This document shows, piece after piece, positions 24,111 through 35,417 of a stretch of 64,000 nt of DNA (positions are counted from its first letter, which is position 1; the number at the start of each line of letters is the position of its first letter). The DNA is taken from positions 18,191,142 to 18,255,141 of the forward strand of contig NC_068985.1 in assembly GCF_001194135.2 (NCBI RefSeq), in the 5' to 3' direction. The notes beneath the pieces were generated by a model that did no database searches, was not told the DNA's origin, and saw only the letters and a program-made list of their open reading frames with translations. The position numbers and the translations under genes are program-made. This DNA is from Octopus bimaculoides (Eukaryota).

Positions 24111-24843
24111 GGTTTCAGTTCTCAAAATGGAAACTTTTACAGGGTCCCTCGACTAGCTAGAAATAACAGGCAAATTCCCCACAAATCATCTCACCCTACT
24201 GTATTACTTGTTAGATCATGTGCTTTCTGATATGTATAAAGATGGGATGGTCACGATTGTAATACTTTTCATCGTAGATTCATCTCTGTCTAGGCTAAAC
24301 TACAAAATTTACCTACAGCCAACGAGGGAATATCTCTGCACGTTCGACTGAAATGCGAGAAATATCAGCTAAACTTCCCTTAGATCATATTTTGCCTTTA
24401 GGAATTGACTCGTTGGATCATGCGTACATGTTTGCTAGCATACATACAAATGTGTGTGAGCGTGTGTGTGTTACATCACTAAACTTTGCGCCCATTTAAG
24501 TAATGCGTTCGTAGATGGTTAATGGGTTGGAGATGGTGCTGAAAAAGAAGCAAAAACTCCCTGAAATATGCATATACAGCCATTACCTATTTTTCAATCT
24601 TCGATCGCATTCTTTACATACACATGCAAACGAAACGTCGTAACTTTCAGTACTGGGCTTAGTTACTTTTGGAAACATCAGTTGAGAGTACTTTAAAAAA
24701 CGATTGAATTGCACTTCTAGCACAAGTAGCACACGATATTGACTTATTAGCCTTCGATGTATTTGGTAGTATATTCTCGTTGTATAACGAAATACGGTTG
24801 CAACTTCTACATACATGCATACATACATACATACATATATGTG

Positions 24844-24882
<39 letters not shown>

Positions 24883-25436
24883 NNNNNNNNNNNNNNNNNN
24901 NNNNNNNNNNNNNNNNNNNNNNNNNNNNNNNNNNNNNNNNNNNNNNNNNNNNNNNNNNNNNNNNNNNNNNNNNNNNNNNNNNNNNNNNNNNNNNNNNNNN
25001 NNNNNNNNNNNNNNNNNNNNNNNNNNNNNNNNNNNNNNNNNNNNNNNNNNNNNNNNNNNNNNNNNNNNNNNNNNNNNNNNNNNNNNNNNNNNNNNNNNNN
25101 NNNNNNNNNNNNNNNNNNNNNNNNNNNNNNNNNNNNNNNNNNNNNNNNNNNNNNNNNNNNNNNNNNNNNNNNNNNNNNNNNNNNNNNNNNNNNNNNNNNN
25201 NNNNNNNNNNNNNNNNNNNNNNNNNNNNNNNNNNNNNNNNNNNNNNNNNNNNNNNNNNNNNNNNNNNNNNNNNNNNNNNNNNNNNNNNNNNNNNNNNNNN
25301 NNNNNNNNNNNNNNNNNNNNNNNNNNNNNNNNNNNNNNNNNNNNNNNNNNNNNNNNNNNNNNNNNNNNNNNNNNNNNNNNNNNNNNNNNNNNNNNNNNNN
25401 NNNNNNNNNNNNNNNNNNNNNNNNNNNNNNNNNNNA

Positions 25437-25710
25437 AACTGAAAGAAGCCCATCGTATATATATATATGTTTTCATATATATATGTTTGTTGTCTGTGCC
25501 TGTGTTTATGCCCCCACTATCGCTTGACAACCGATGTTGGTGTGTTTACGTCTCCGTAATTATAGCGGCACGGCAAAAAGAGACCGATAGATTAAATACT
25601 AGGCTTACAAAGAATAAGTCCTGGGGTCGACTGATTCGACTGAAGGTGGTGCTCCAGCATGGCCGCAGTGAAATGGCTGAAACAAATAAAAGAATAAAAG
25701 AGTAAAAGAA
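25437..25710 (+). mobile_element. SINE family C body and tail (head probably in the N gap)
   Basis: AAACTGAAAGAAGCCC-(TA)n-...ATCGCTTGACAACCGATG...GGTGCTCCAGCATGGCCGCAG...AAAAGAGTAAAAGA. Confidence 0.8.
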
Positions 25711-26363
25711 TATATATATATATGAGGATAATTTTATAATTTCGTGAAGCCGAAAAGTAATTTCGTTAAACCGAGGAATAAAAATAGGACTGCAGATGGA
25801 AGTGCTCAGGTAACACTGAGAAGAAAGGAAGAATTTTATTTGTCTGATTACTTTATGTCATTGAACACTATATATTTTACCTCCCTATTTTAGAAATCGA
25901 TTTAAGAAGGTGTGGCTTTTGTAAATATTCTCCTGATGCAAAGGTCGTTGCCTTTGGATTTCCTTAATAGATTTTACATTAACGAAGTGAGGTAACGTCT
26001 TTTGAAACGATCGTAGAGATGGATTTGAATGGACTCTTTTCTGGTTATCACTTTGCCCATTATTTATATTTATATTTATGTTTACATTTATATTATTTTA
26101 GTTTCATTGCCTTAAATTTTTAGTCGCTTTTACTATGCATTAATTTAATCCTTTTTTTTTTTCGTTCGACTTCACTCGTATTACTCTTTTAGGTTTTATC
26201 ACCTTTTATTCGTATATATGTGTATATTTTATACTATTGGGTTTTACCATTGGATGCCCTGGTGTTTTTATATATATTTATGTTCGATTCGATTTCTGAT
26301 AATATGGAAATGTTATAAAGTTGCTTTGATCAATTAGAGCGTTTATTCAGTATACCTTCCAAT

Positions 26364-26429
<66 letters not shown>

Positions 26430-26434
<5 letters not shown>

Positions 26435-26830
26435 ATAAGACTAATGGAAAATGGAGGCAAATGCACAAGATGTTATTTAAATAATTTATATCACTATATC
26501 TCCGACATATGTTTCGATTGATACATTAAAATAAATTCGAGAGGAAGAATAATGTGGAAAAATGTGTCAATCTCATCAGGGAGAAGACTATAAACAACAG
26601 TGCTCATTAATAAGCCATTTTTACAGATGTAAGAAACTATAATATATAATAAATGAAATACAAAGGTGGATAGAGAACGCGAGTAACTTTAAAATACCGT
26701 TTGTCTCCATTTTCTGTTACACTTATGTTTTCCAAAACACATCTCACTTCTCCTCGGAATTGTCACCCATGCAAGTGTGGTTACTAATTACTTATGTGAT
26801 ATATATAATATATCTTTACTCTTTACGTCT
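26430..26830 (-). mobile_element. 3' end of a Penelope-like element (pLTR-like tail)
   Basis: The minus strand encodes ...RRSEMCFGKHKCNRKW...*, resembling PLE C-termini, followed by a hammerhead motif. Confidence 0.55.
26499..26584 (-). ncRNA. Canonical-core minimal type I hammerhead ribozyme
   Basis: The minus strand reads TCTCC-CTGATGA-GATTGA-[long loop]-TCAATC-GAAAC-ATAT-GTC-GGAGA. Stem I is 5 bp, stem II is 6 bp or more, stem III is palindromic ACATATGT, and the triplet is GUC. Confidence 0.85.
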
Positions 26831-27693
26831 TAATCGTTACTCGCCGTTCGTTGTTTCATCAACACAGAGCCTATACAAACCCTTTTCCCACTCTTTCCTT
26901 CCTTGAAATGCAACTCTCTGGATCCCACTTGCTGCCTATGGCTTGAGCTAATAACCAGCTCTATCTAAGTCACTAAGTACAAATTTTAAAAATCTCTAAA
27001 TGTTTTCCCTAGCTCCAGAGGGGTCATAAAAGGTGGTGCTTAGCAGTGTTTTCAATATGATTGGGAAAGTAACAAATAAATTTCTCTTTGGTTAGAAAAT
27101 CAAGATTATCATAAATAAAATTCTCAGATGTGTTACTCGTTTCGAAAACCAATTAAACCTACAAATGGAGGATGTGTCGTCCACCTTCATGTTACCACAT
27201 ATTTACGCATGCTGAACTCATATATATATCGTTCGACTGACATTTAAACTTTAACTGTGTCGTCTGTTTTTCTTATATTCAAGGTTACTTTATCCACTAC
27301 ATTCGTCCATTTCTAAAACTATTGAGTAATATTTGGAAGATGTTCAATGTTTGTTGTGATGTTTGTTTCTTTGTTTTCAAAGGGATACTTGTTTCTTTAT
27401 GCTTGTTTTTATAGCCCAGATCAGCCCTAAGTGGCCATGATTTGCTCCATGATCAGAGTCGTTCAAACAGCAGAATGAGGCGATTGGGCGAACCGATTTG
27501 GACGCTGACGATTTGACATGGCTGACTGGACAGTCAACCTATTTTGATGTCAATAGTTCCTGTGCTAGAAGCAAACACACGCGCGCGTGCAGAAATATAC
27601 GCATACAGATAGAGAGAAGGTGGGTGAGAGACATTACACACACATAAAAAGAGAGAGAGTAAAAGAATATCAGAGAACATCTGATGTCACATA

Positions 27694-28086
27694 GATGTTG
27701 TTGTTGTTGGCACTCCGTCGCTTACGACGTCGAGGGTTCCAGTTGATCCGATCAACGGAACAGCCTGCTCGTGAAATTAACGTGCAAGTGGCTGAGCACT
27801 CCACAGACACGTGTACCCTTAACGTAGTTCTCGGGGATATTCACCGTGGCATAGTGTGACAAGGCTGACCCTTTGAAATACAGATACAACAGAAACAGGA
27901 AGTAAGACTGAGAGAAAGTTGTGGTGAAAGAATACAGCAGGGTTCGCCACCATCCCCTGCCGGAGCCTCGTGGAGCTTTAGGTGTTTTCGCTCAATAAAC
28001 ACTCACAACGCCCGGTCTGGGAATCGAAAACCCGATCCTATGATCGCGAGTCCGCTGCCCTAACCACTGGGCCATTGCGCCTCCAC
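27694..28086 (-). mobile_element. Full-length SINE family A with 11-bp TSD
   Basis: Reverse complement of the 14986 copy. GATGTCACATA lies at 27683-27693 and 28087-28097. Confidence 0.9.
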
Positions 28087-28924
28087 GATGTCACATAACT
28101 CAGCGTGGAATCAACAACACCAAATAGGCAGCGCCAGGCGGTTGTGCCAAATTGTCTTATATACTTTTAGCCCTCACTATCTCATTTTTGTTTTTTTTTT
28201 ATTTCAGAATCAGTGAAGCTAGTACTATATTACCTAATGTATATTTCTCCCTTTTAGCCACTTTGAAGGAGATCTGGCAGCGATTTCTAACAGATCGAAC
28301 AACCACCTTTGTTGGCTCCTTACTAGTTGTAATTGTTGACGATTCAGTCGCAGATATTTATTGCTGTTGTTGTTTTTGAAAGCATTTCCACAGTATCAAC
28401 TTAAGTACAAACTAAAATAAATGCATCTACTTTTGCAAGGATGTCGACAATTTATTTTAGTTTATTTTATTTCGCCGTTAGAGGAAAAGAGTCGATTACG
28501 TCGGCCAATTACTACTTTATCAGAATAATCAGTCTATACATTTTTCCTAGGCCCCCTGGGGTATATGGTCGATAAGGATGCTGGGTTTGAAATAGGAGGA
28601 ATCGTTCCCTCCAACCTGCTCTAAACTCTTCAGGACACTTAGTTTCCAATTTATTACGTTCCAGAACATTTGACGACTGACAAGGAGCTCGGTTTTTAAC
28701 ACTCATCTGACTCTTGTTCTTATTTGCATTTATTTATTTATTTATCCATTTATTTATTTGTTGTACTCTCTCAGATAATTCTACTTCTAAGTGGTTGCAT
28801 ACATGGTTCTGTTCTAATTCTCTGATTCCAACGTCAAAACATATCTTCATAATTATTAATTTACTACTATTATCATGATCGTTTATCTTCCATATCGAGG
28901 TATTTTTTTTTCAAGAGGTCCTTA

Positions 28925-29082
28925 AGGCTGTGTAGCTAAGAAGGTCGCTTTGCAGCCTAGAGATTTAGAGTTCGGTCCAACTGAGTGGCACCTTGAGCAA
29001 GTAACTTCTACTATAGGTCCAAGTTGACCAATGCCTTGCGATAAATTTGGCTGACAGAAACTGTGTGGAAGCTTGTCGTCTA
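28925..29082 (+). mobile_element. SINE family C head
   Basis: GGCTGTGTAGCTAAGAAG...GGCACCTTGAGCAAGTAACTTCTACTATAG. Confidence 0.65.
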
Positions 29083-29230
29083 TATATATATGTATATATA
29101 TATATACGCATATATAATTATATAAAAATCGAACGCACATACACAATGTGTGTGTTGTTAGTTCGTGGGTCGGCTGCGTTTTTAGGCGTAATATATTCTC
29201 AATGCACCTGGTGTTAAAACACCTGAAAGT

Positions 29231-29469
29231 AATTATTTACATTATTTACATTTGACCTCATCTTGTTTGTTGTTAATACAACGTTTCGGCTGATATACCT
29301 TCCAGCCTTCATCTTGGGGAAATTTCCAACCTGGGTTCTCATTCCTAAGGTATTCTTCGATTTTGTTGTTGTTGTTATTATTATTATTATTCAGGTCACT
29401 ACCTGGAATCGAATTCGGAATCTTGGGGTTAGTAGCCCGCGCTCTTAACGACTACGCCATATGCCCGTG
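29231..29469 (-). mobile_element. Second copy of the tRNA-head/PLE-tail SINE, hammerhead core deleted
   Basis: Homologous to 13661-13951. The minus strand reads AAGA[deleted CACCTGA]TGAAGGCTGG...CAGCCGAAACGTT. There is no inverted 5' tail. Confidence 0.8.
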
Positions 29470-29769
29470 ACGAATATATAGAGAGAGAAGGTCTCGCTTA
29501 TACTAATCAAAGCAAAGTAGTTAGCGATAATGCTAAAATTTCATGCTATCATAAGTTTCCATTCCATATTACTAGGAGGAGGGATATTTTGAAAATGAAT
29601 CTGGTGACAAATAGATTTTATAGGAGGTAATCAGTAATTATTATTAGAAGCATAGGACGTAATAAACTTCTTTTTTTCTTTCTTTTTTTAAGTGAATTGA
29701 TTATAATTAGATTAAGAAGTCAATAACCAAATAGTATTTAGTTTATGCCACCCAAAACATGTCAAAATA

Positions 29770-29940
29770 AGAGGTGCGTTCAAAAAGTATCCGACTATTT
29801 TTTCCCGCCTACCGAACAAAATCCTTTGGATAGGAGGTGACGCCACTCTTCCTGTGCATGCGTTAAAATATTCGCGCCTGTAGACCGCGTCAGTTCCTGC
29901 CTGTTACGGCTGGAGTGCATGCGTGTAATGTGCTACTGCG
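29770..29940 (+). mobile_element. Mariner-like terminal fragment
   Basis: GAGGTGCGTTCAAAAAGTATCCGACT resembles a mariner TIR. No partner TIR was found. Confidence 0.35.
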
Positions 29941-30072
29941 CCTTTATATGTTTGTGTGTGTATGCGCGCGCTAATGAAGATATGCTGAAATAATTATTTT
30001 CTCTCACTAACTCTTGCTCTCTCTTTCTCTCTGAGTAACACCATCTTTCTTTCTTTCTCCCTAGCTATAAAA

Positions 30073-30256
30073 ATGCGAGTTTCCTGTAGAATAAGCTTAT
30101 GGGCAATTGTTTTATTGCTGTACCTAGAAACAGTTGTATCTCAGCTGACTGATAAATCTAATATGGAACAATTCGACAAGTGGTCTTTCCTGCCAGAAAA
30201 TACTCCAGATAAAAGCAAACAACACTCGAATGAAGCTCGCTATATAAGAGCGACAC
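30073..30256 (+). CDS. Prepro-neuropeptide, coding exon 1 (signal peptide and pro-region)
   Basis: Acceptor TTCTTTCTCCCTAG just upstream of the ATG. Encodes MRVSCRISLWAIVLLLYLETVVSQ (hydrophobic signal). GTAAGT donor at 30257, phase 1. Confidence 0.85.
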
Positions 30257-31624
30257 GTAAGTATATTTTCTTTCTGCTTTTTTCTGTGTTCCCAGAATGC
30301 AATTTTGTTCAGCCAATGATTAGGCATCAAATAATCCTTGAATTAGCAAACTAGCTCCCCGTTTACAATATATATTGAGGGCAAAGCGCACTGAATAACC
30401 AGTAGGAGGAGGAGTCCTCCTGGGGTTAAAATAACAGTATCGTCTATTCTTGCAAAACATCCACGTTTAGGTGGCGATAAACAATCCTTGAATTAATCGT
30501 TCGAAATTGGTGACCATATCTGAACAGGTATTTCTGGTTGATTATCAATAATTATTTTAATAGTTTAGAGAAGGAGGAGGTAGTTATCTTCAAAGTAAAG
30601 TGGGCTCCGCTAAAGGTACGTAAGGACCCATTGTTAGTGTTAAACCACTGTATGAACAAGAAGGTCCTTCTGACGGCCTCCACACAGTTTCCGTCTGTCA
30701 ACCAACCTATGCTCAGAAGGCTTTGCCCTACCAGCGGCTATGACAGAAGATACTTGCTTCAGACGCCGTGCTGTGCGAATGAACCTGAAACCACACAGAT
30801 ACAACGTGCAATTGTACTAAGTTGGACAAAATAGAACAGAAGGAAGGTAAAGTGTGGGAGCAATAAAACAGTACCATGGAAAATATATTTGGAATTTTTT
30901 TATGCTTATCAATCATTCAGCGTGTCATGCGATCTTGTTGTCTATTGACCAATTTCCCTGGATCTTTATTCATAATCATTTATCTTGAAGAAGCATTTAG
31001 ATATTATTCTCATTTATACAAAGCTCATAATGTTATATATCAAAAATTGGAACTGACTAGTAGCTTTTAGTGTTTCTCGGAATCCATTCAGTAAAAATAA
31101 CTGAAGAAGTATAAAAATTTAAAAAATTGAAGGTTGTTACTGTATTGTGAGAAAGATTTTCTGATGAAGGATATTGATTGAAACGCATGGTGTTTCTTTT
31201 TGCTTTGTTTTCTTTGTTTGTTTGTTTGTTTTTTTTGTCTTTTTTATGTTTTTCTCAAAGTTCGCAGAGAAACTTCAATTTTGTTTTCACACATTTCATT
31301 GAGTAAAAATAAAATCGCCCCAAACACGCTGCAACGTTGTTAATCAATTAAATTAAGTAAGATATTGATTTAACAAACGAAAGCATAAATAAAAATATTA
31401 ATTATTGAGAGAGATCTCCATATAATGAATATTTTGTTTTCTCAACTCTCTTAACAAATCTTGAAATGCAACCTCCCTGTATATAAACTACACTTCCATA
31501 ATGTGTGAAACAATATTTAACTCGACTGACAGATCATAAAATTATAATAGAATTGATTGTAAGATCATAGAAGTTAGGAAATTGTGAAACCTTCGTTATT
31601 ATCATTGAGCTGTTTAAGACGACG

Positions 31625-31790
31625 AGGGGCAGAATCGTTAGCATGCCGGATAAAATGCCTAGCGGCGTTTCTTCCGGCTCTACGTCCTAAGTTAAAAAAT
31701 TATGCCTTACCTTTCATCTTATCGCGGTCGATACAAGAAGTGCCAGTTGAGCAATAAGTGGCGATGTAATCGACCAGCCCCTTCCCACCG
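31625..31790 (+). mobile_element. V-domain-type SINE (degraded)
   Basis: GGGGCAGAATCGTTAGCATGCCGG...CCTTACCTTTCATCTTATCGCGGTCGATA. Confidence 0.6.
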
Positions 31791-31944
31791 AAATTCGCTT
31801 AATTCTAGATTTGCTATTTATTGCAATATGGTACAATGTTGTCACATCATTTTAAGAGTTTACTCGATGTCTCCATAACGATCCACAAATTGTCGAAACA
31901 TAGAGTCTGAATTCTTTTTCAACTCTATACAAAACTTTATAAAA

Positions 31945-33378
31945 CTTAGATATGTTTCGACCAAAGATTGGCCCAGGCCATGTTTAACTTAATAGCACTG
32001 CCTGACAGGATTATCTAAATCCTTTTTAAGTCAAGTTTTATGATATCATGGTCTATTCGAGTAGGGAGTTCTTGTTGAGTGAGTTGTATCCAGGTATAGG
32101 TGGTTTATCTGGTATTCCTTGAAGAAATTTGTCCAGATTCCGTTTAAAGGTGATGGGATCCTTTTCCTCTTTAATCTGTCTTGGGACAATGTTAAATAGG
32201 GCAGGGCCTGTTGAGGAAAAGAAATTGTGTTGCAGTGTATTTATGTGTTGTGATCCTGAATTGCGTAGGGGACTATGGCCCGTAGTCCTAGCCTTGGATG
32301 ATTTTTGAAGCTAATGTTGAGATCGTTTAGGCAATGCTGGTGGTATATTCTTCACATCGTGCAAATGCTGTATCGCTCGCGGCGGCGCTGGAGAGAATAG
32401 AGTTTCAATGCTTTAAGGCGACCTCAATAATCGAGATCAGTCATGCCCTTAATTCGTTTAGTGAATGCCCTCTGGGGTGATTCAATTTTCGAGATGTTTT
32501 GTTTTGTATAGGGAGACTGCAGGGGGCAGCAGTATTCGAGGTGTGGCCGTACAAAGGAGAGACAAGTGGAATGATGATCCCTTGTTCTCTTGACTGGAAG
32601 GTTCTTAAGATCCAGGAGCTCATTCTACGAGCCATATCGACCTTATTGTTGATGTGGGCACTCCAACTGAGATTGTTATCAACAATTACTCCTAGGTCTC
32701 TGATATTATTAGATGCTGTGAGAGGTTTCCCTAAAGGAAGAGAGTATGGTTGTTTTAGTATAGTCTTTTTTCCAAAATGCATCAGCTCAAATTCTCCCTC
32801 GTTTAGTTGCATTTTGTTTTTGTCTGCCCATTAACTCACCGCATGTAGATCAGACTGGAGTTGAGTTCGGTCTTCTTCTTCATTGATGATTTTCTGGAGC
32901 TTAGTGTCATCAGCAAATATTTCCACTTTGCTGTGTTTTACGACGCTGGAAAGGTCATTTATATAGATTATAAAGAGGAGCGGGTCCAAGACAGTCCCTG
33001 AGAGACACCACTAGTGACTTTTGCTGGGCTTGAGTGGACTCCATCGACCACAACATGTGTTCTGTTCGCCAAGAAATATTCAATCCAGTGTAGAAGTTTT
33101 CCACGGATTCCAACATTTGACAATTTTGAGAGTAAGATATGGTCAACTCTGTCGAACGCTTTACTGAAGTCAAGATATATGACATCAGAGTTCGAACCTG
33201 TTCCCAAGGCTTTAAGTATATCATCGATGTGGAGTAAGAGCTGTGTTAGACAGTCCCTGCCACAGCGAAAACCATGCTAATTTTCATTTAGGGGTTTGTG
33301 GATATCCAGGAAGCCAGCTATCCTTGACCTTACCACTCTTTCAAACACTTTAATGATATGGGAGGTGAGTGAGATATA
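31945..33378 (-). mobile_element. 5'-truncated CR1-clade LINE (RT domain and 3' end), frameshifted
   Basis: ISLTSHIIKVFERV, DVIYLDFSKAFDRVDH, SGVSQG, IFADDTK, RDLGVIVDNNLSW and DKFLQGIPD motifs. It lies antisense in intron 1 of the neuropeptide gene. Confidence 0.9.
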
Positions 33379-33536
33379 AAAATGTATTTGAAATTTTTTT
33401 ATGCTTTTCAATCTATATAAATTTACACTTTTCAATCTATATAAATTCCGTAATACTGATTGTGAAACAAATAATTAAGAAAAATAAACTGATATTGAGA
33501 TAAATATTTTGCTTATTGTTGATATTTATCTTTCAG

Positions 33537-33569
33537 AAATTCTGGTACCCAGATGGAAGAAACGAATTG
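33537..33569 (+). CDS. Prepro-neuropeptide, 33-nt micro-exon 2 carrying the KKR cleavage site
   Basis: Acceptor TATCTTTCAG and donor GTGCGT. Phase 1-1, encodes (Q)ILVPRWKKRI(G) and keeps exons 1 and 3 in frame. Confidence 0.72.
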
Positions 33570-33669
33570 GTGCGTATTTTCCAATTATCTGTTTACAGAT
33601 TCTATTTATGAAAGGATAAGAACTAAATAAATAAGGAAACTGCATACGTTATGTTAATACCATGCTATC

Positions 33670-34125
33670 CTTATTGTAATTCTTGTTGTCGTCGTCGTCG
33701 TTTTACTTTTCAGAGCGCTCGGTTTTATTTGCTCTGGATGATTCTGTGAGAGCCTGTTGTCAAGGGTCTCACGGGGTCCCTTTCTGCACATTATAAGCTT
33801 TGATACTTGGTTGTTAATTATCGTGGAAGACATTCAACATCCAAGTACCAATCTCAAAATCCTAGCTGTCTCCAGCAGAGCAGTTTTGTTGTGGGAGTTG
33901 GGGCTTGCTCTGTTCTCACGTTAATTCCAATTTCCCTGACATATTTCTCGAACTTGGTTGTTAGTGCTCCGAGTGCCCCTACGATTACTGGAATGGCAGA
34001 CACTCTCCTCATAGTCCACATTCTTGCAATTTCGTCTTTTAGTAGTCTGTACTTTTCAATCTTTTCTAGTTCTTTGTCACTTATGCGTGCATCCCCAGGT
34101 ATTGTAATATCTATAATCTTGGTTT
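33670..34125 (-). mobile_element. R4/Dong-clade LINE 3' end (restriction-like endonuclease domain)
   Basis: The minus strand encodes IIDITIPGDARISDKELEKIEKYRLLKDEIARMW...IPVIVGALGAL, followed by a UTR and a short repeat tail. Confidence 0.8.
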
Positions 34126-34979
34126 CTTTTTTTTTTTTTACCTTATCTTCAAATATTTACCTCCTCATATAGAAAACCTTTCTTTGATTTCCTTAACTGT
34201 CTTCTGTTTCTCTACCTCTAGGTATTTCCCCTCCATAACATCAACATAGAACATGAATAGAAACGTTATTTTCCATTCATTTCCAAACTTTTCTTTATGT
34301 ATCAATTTCAATTTTAATCAACGTCATCTATCTTTTGCTGTTGTTGTTTATTGAACTCATTAAATATTTTATTGATTTATTTAAATTCACGCATGAAAAT
34401 TGTTTCAGTTTAAAAAGAGATTACTTAAAACGTTTCTCAACTAATATGAGTATCTATTAGTTTTCGAGAAAATTCCATCCTTATTCACAGCTGTTTTTTG
34501 AAATTCTTTGTCCTATAGCTGAGAATATTTCACATATAACATCCGCTTAATTAATGCGAGGACATAGTATCACATTTCGAAGTTCGATTGTAAAAACAAC
34601 TTATATTGTTTGATTTTAATTTAACTTGCGTATATTCTAAAGAACCATTGTTCATTTTGGGAACAAGTAACAGGAAACAGATTGAGTTTCACCTTGATTA
34701 GTCAAAGACAGGAATATCAAACTAAATGTCAGTTTTAATTTCTAATACTTTACAATTGCCCTAAATACTGCAGCTATAAATATTTTTATCAAAGTACTCT
34801 TCAGTGCCATATGCAAGATATGTGCTATTAATTGTATTCTCACTTTTTTTGTCTTTTTCTCTGAAATTCTTCGAAATTTGTTTACAAAGAAGCAAAGCGA
34901 AACGATAATAGTAGTAAAAGTATTTATATACATACATGCATACATACATACTTCAGCAATGTAACTACACACATGCTGT

Positions 34980-35150
34980 GGGCGATTTCTTTTTCTTTCT
35001 TGTACTTTTCTCTCTCTCTCTCCTTTCCGACGAAGAGCTATACTCGAAACGTCAAAAACTCTCTCCTTTTACTGAACGTCAATCTAATTCATTCCCTGTG
35101 CACGTTCTCTTGTTGTCTGCTATTGTTAATTTTATTATTCGTTTATTTGA
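34980..35150 (+). mobile_element. PLE-tail-like repeat with variant hammerhead motif (35024-35056)
   Basis: TTT-CCGACGA-A-GAG-CTATA-CTC-GAAAC-GTC-AAA. Confidence 0.6.
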
Positions 35151-35152
35151 AT

Positions 35153-35217
<65 letters not shown>

Positions 35218-35417
35218 NNNNNNNNNNNNNNNNNNNNNNNNNNNNNNNNNNNNNNNNNNNNNNNNNNNNNNNNNNNNNNNNNNNNNNNNNNNNNNNNNNN
35301 NNNNNNNNNNNNNNNNNNNNNNNNNNNNNNNNNNNNNNNNNNNNNNNNNNNNNNNNNNNNNNNNNNNNNNNNNNNNTGTGGTATTGTCCGTACAACTCAA
35401 AGTAAGGTGAATAAAAT

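Noticed and set aside
30073-30354. Single-exon 93-aa secreted protein as in the ORF track
   Set aside because: A strong GTAAGT donor lies at 30257. The read-through tail is intron-like, and splicing gives a coherent prohormone.
31853-31962. Additional hammerheads at GTCGAAACATA and TATGTTTCGAC
   Set aside because: No CUGANGA is correctly placed. The second is the 3' end of the CR1 element.
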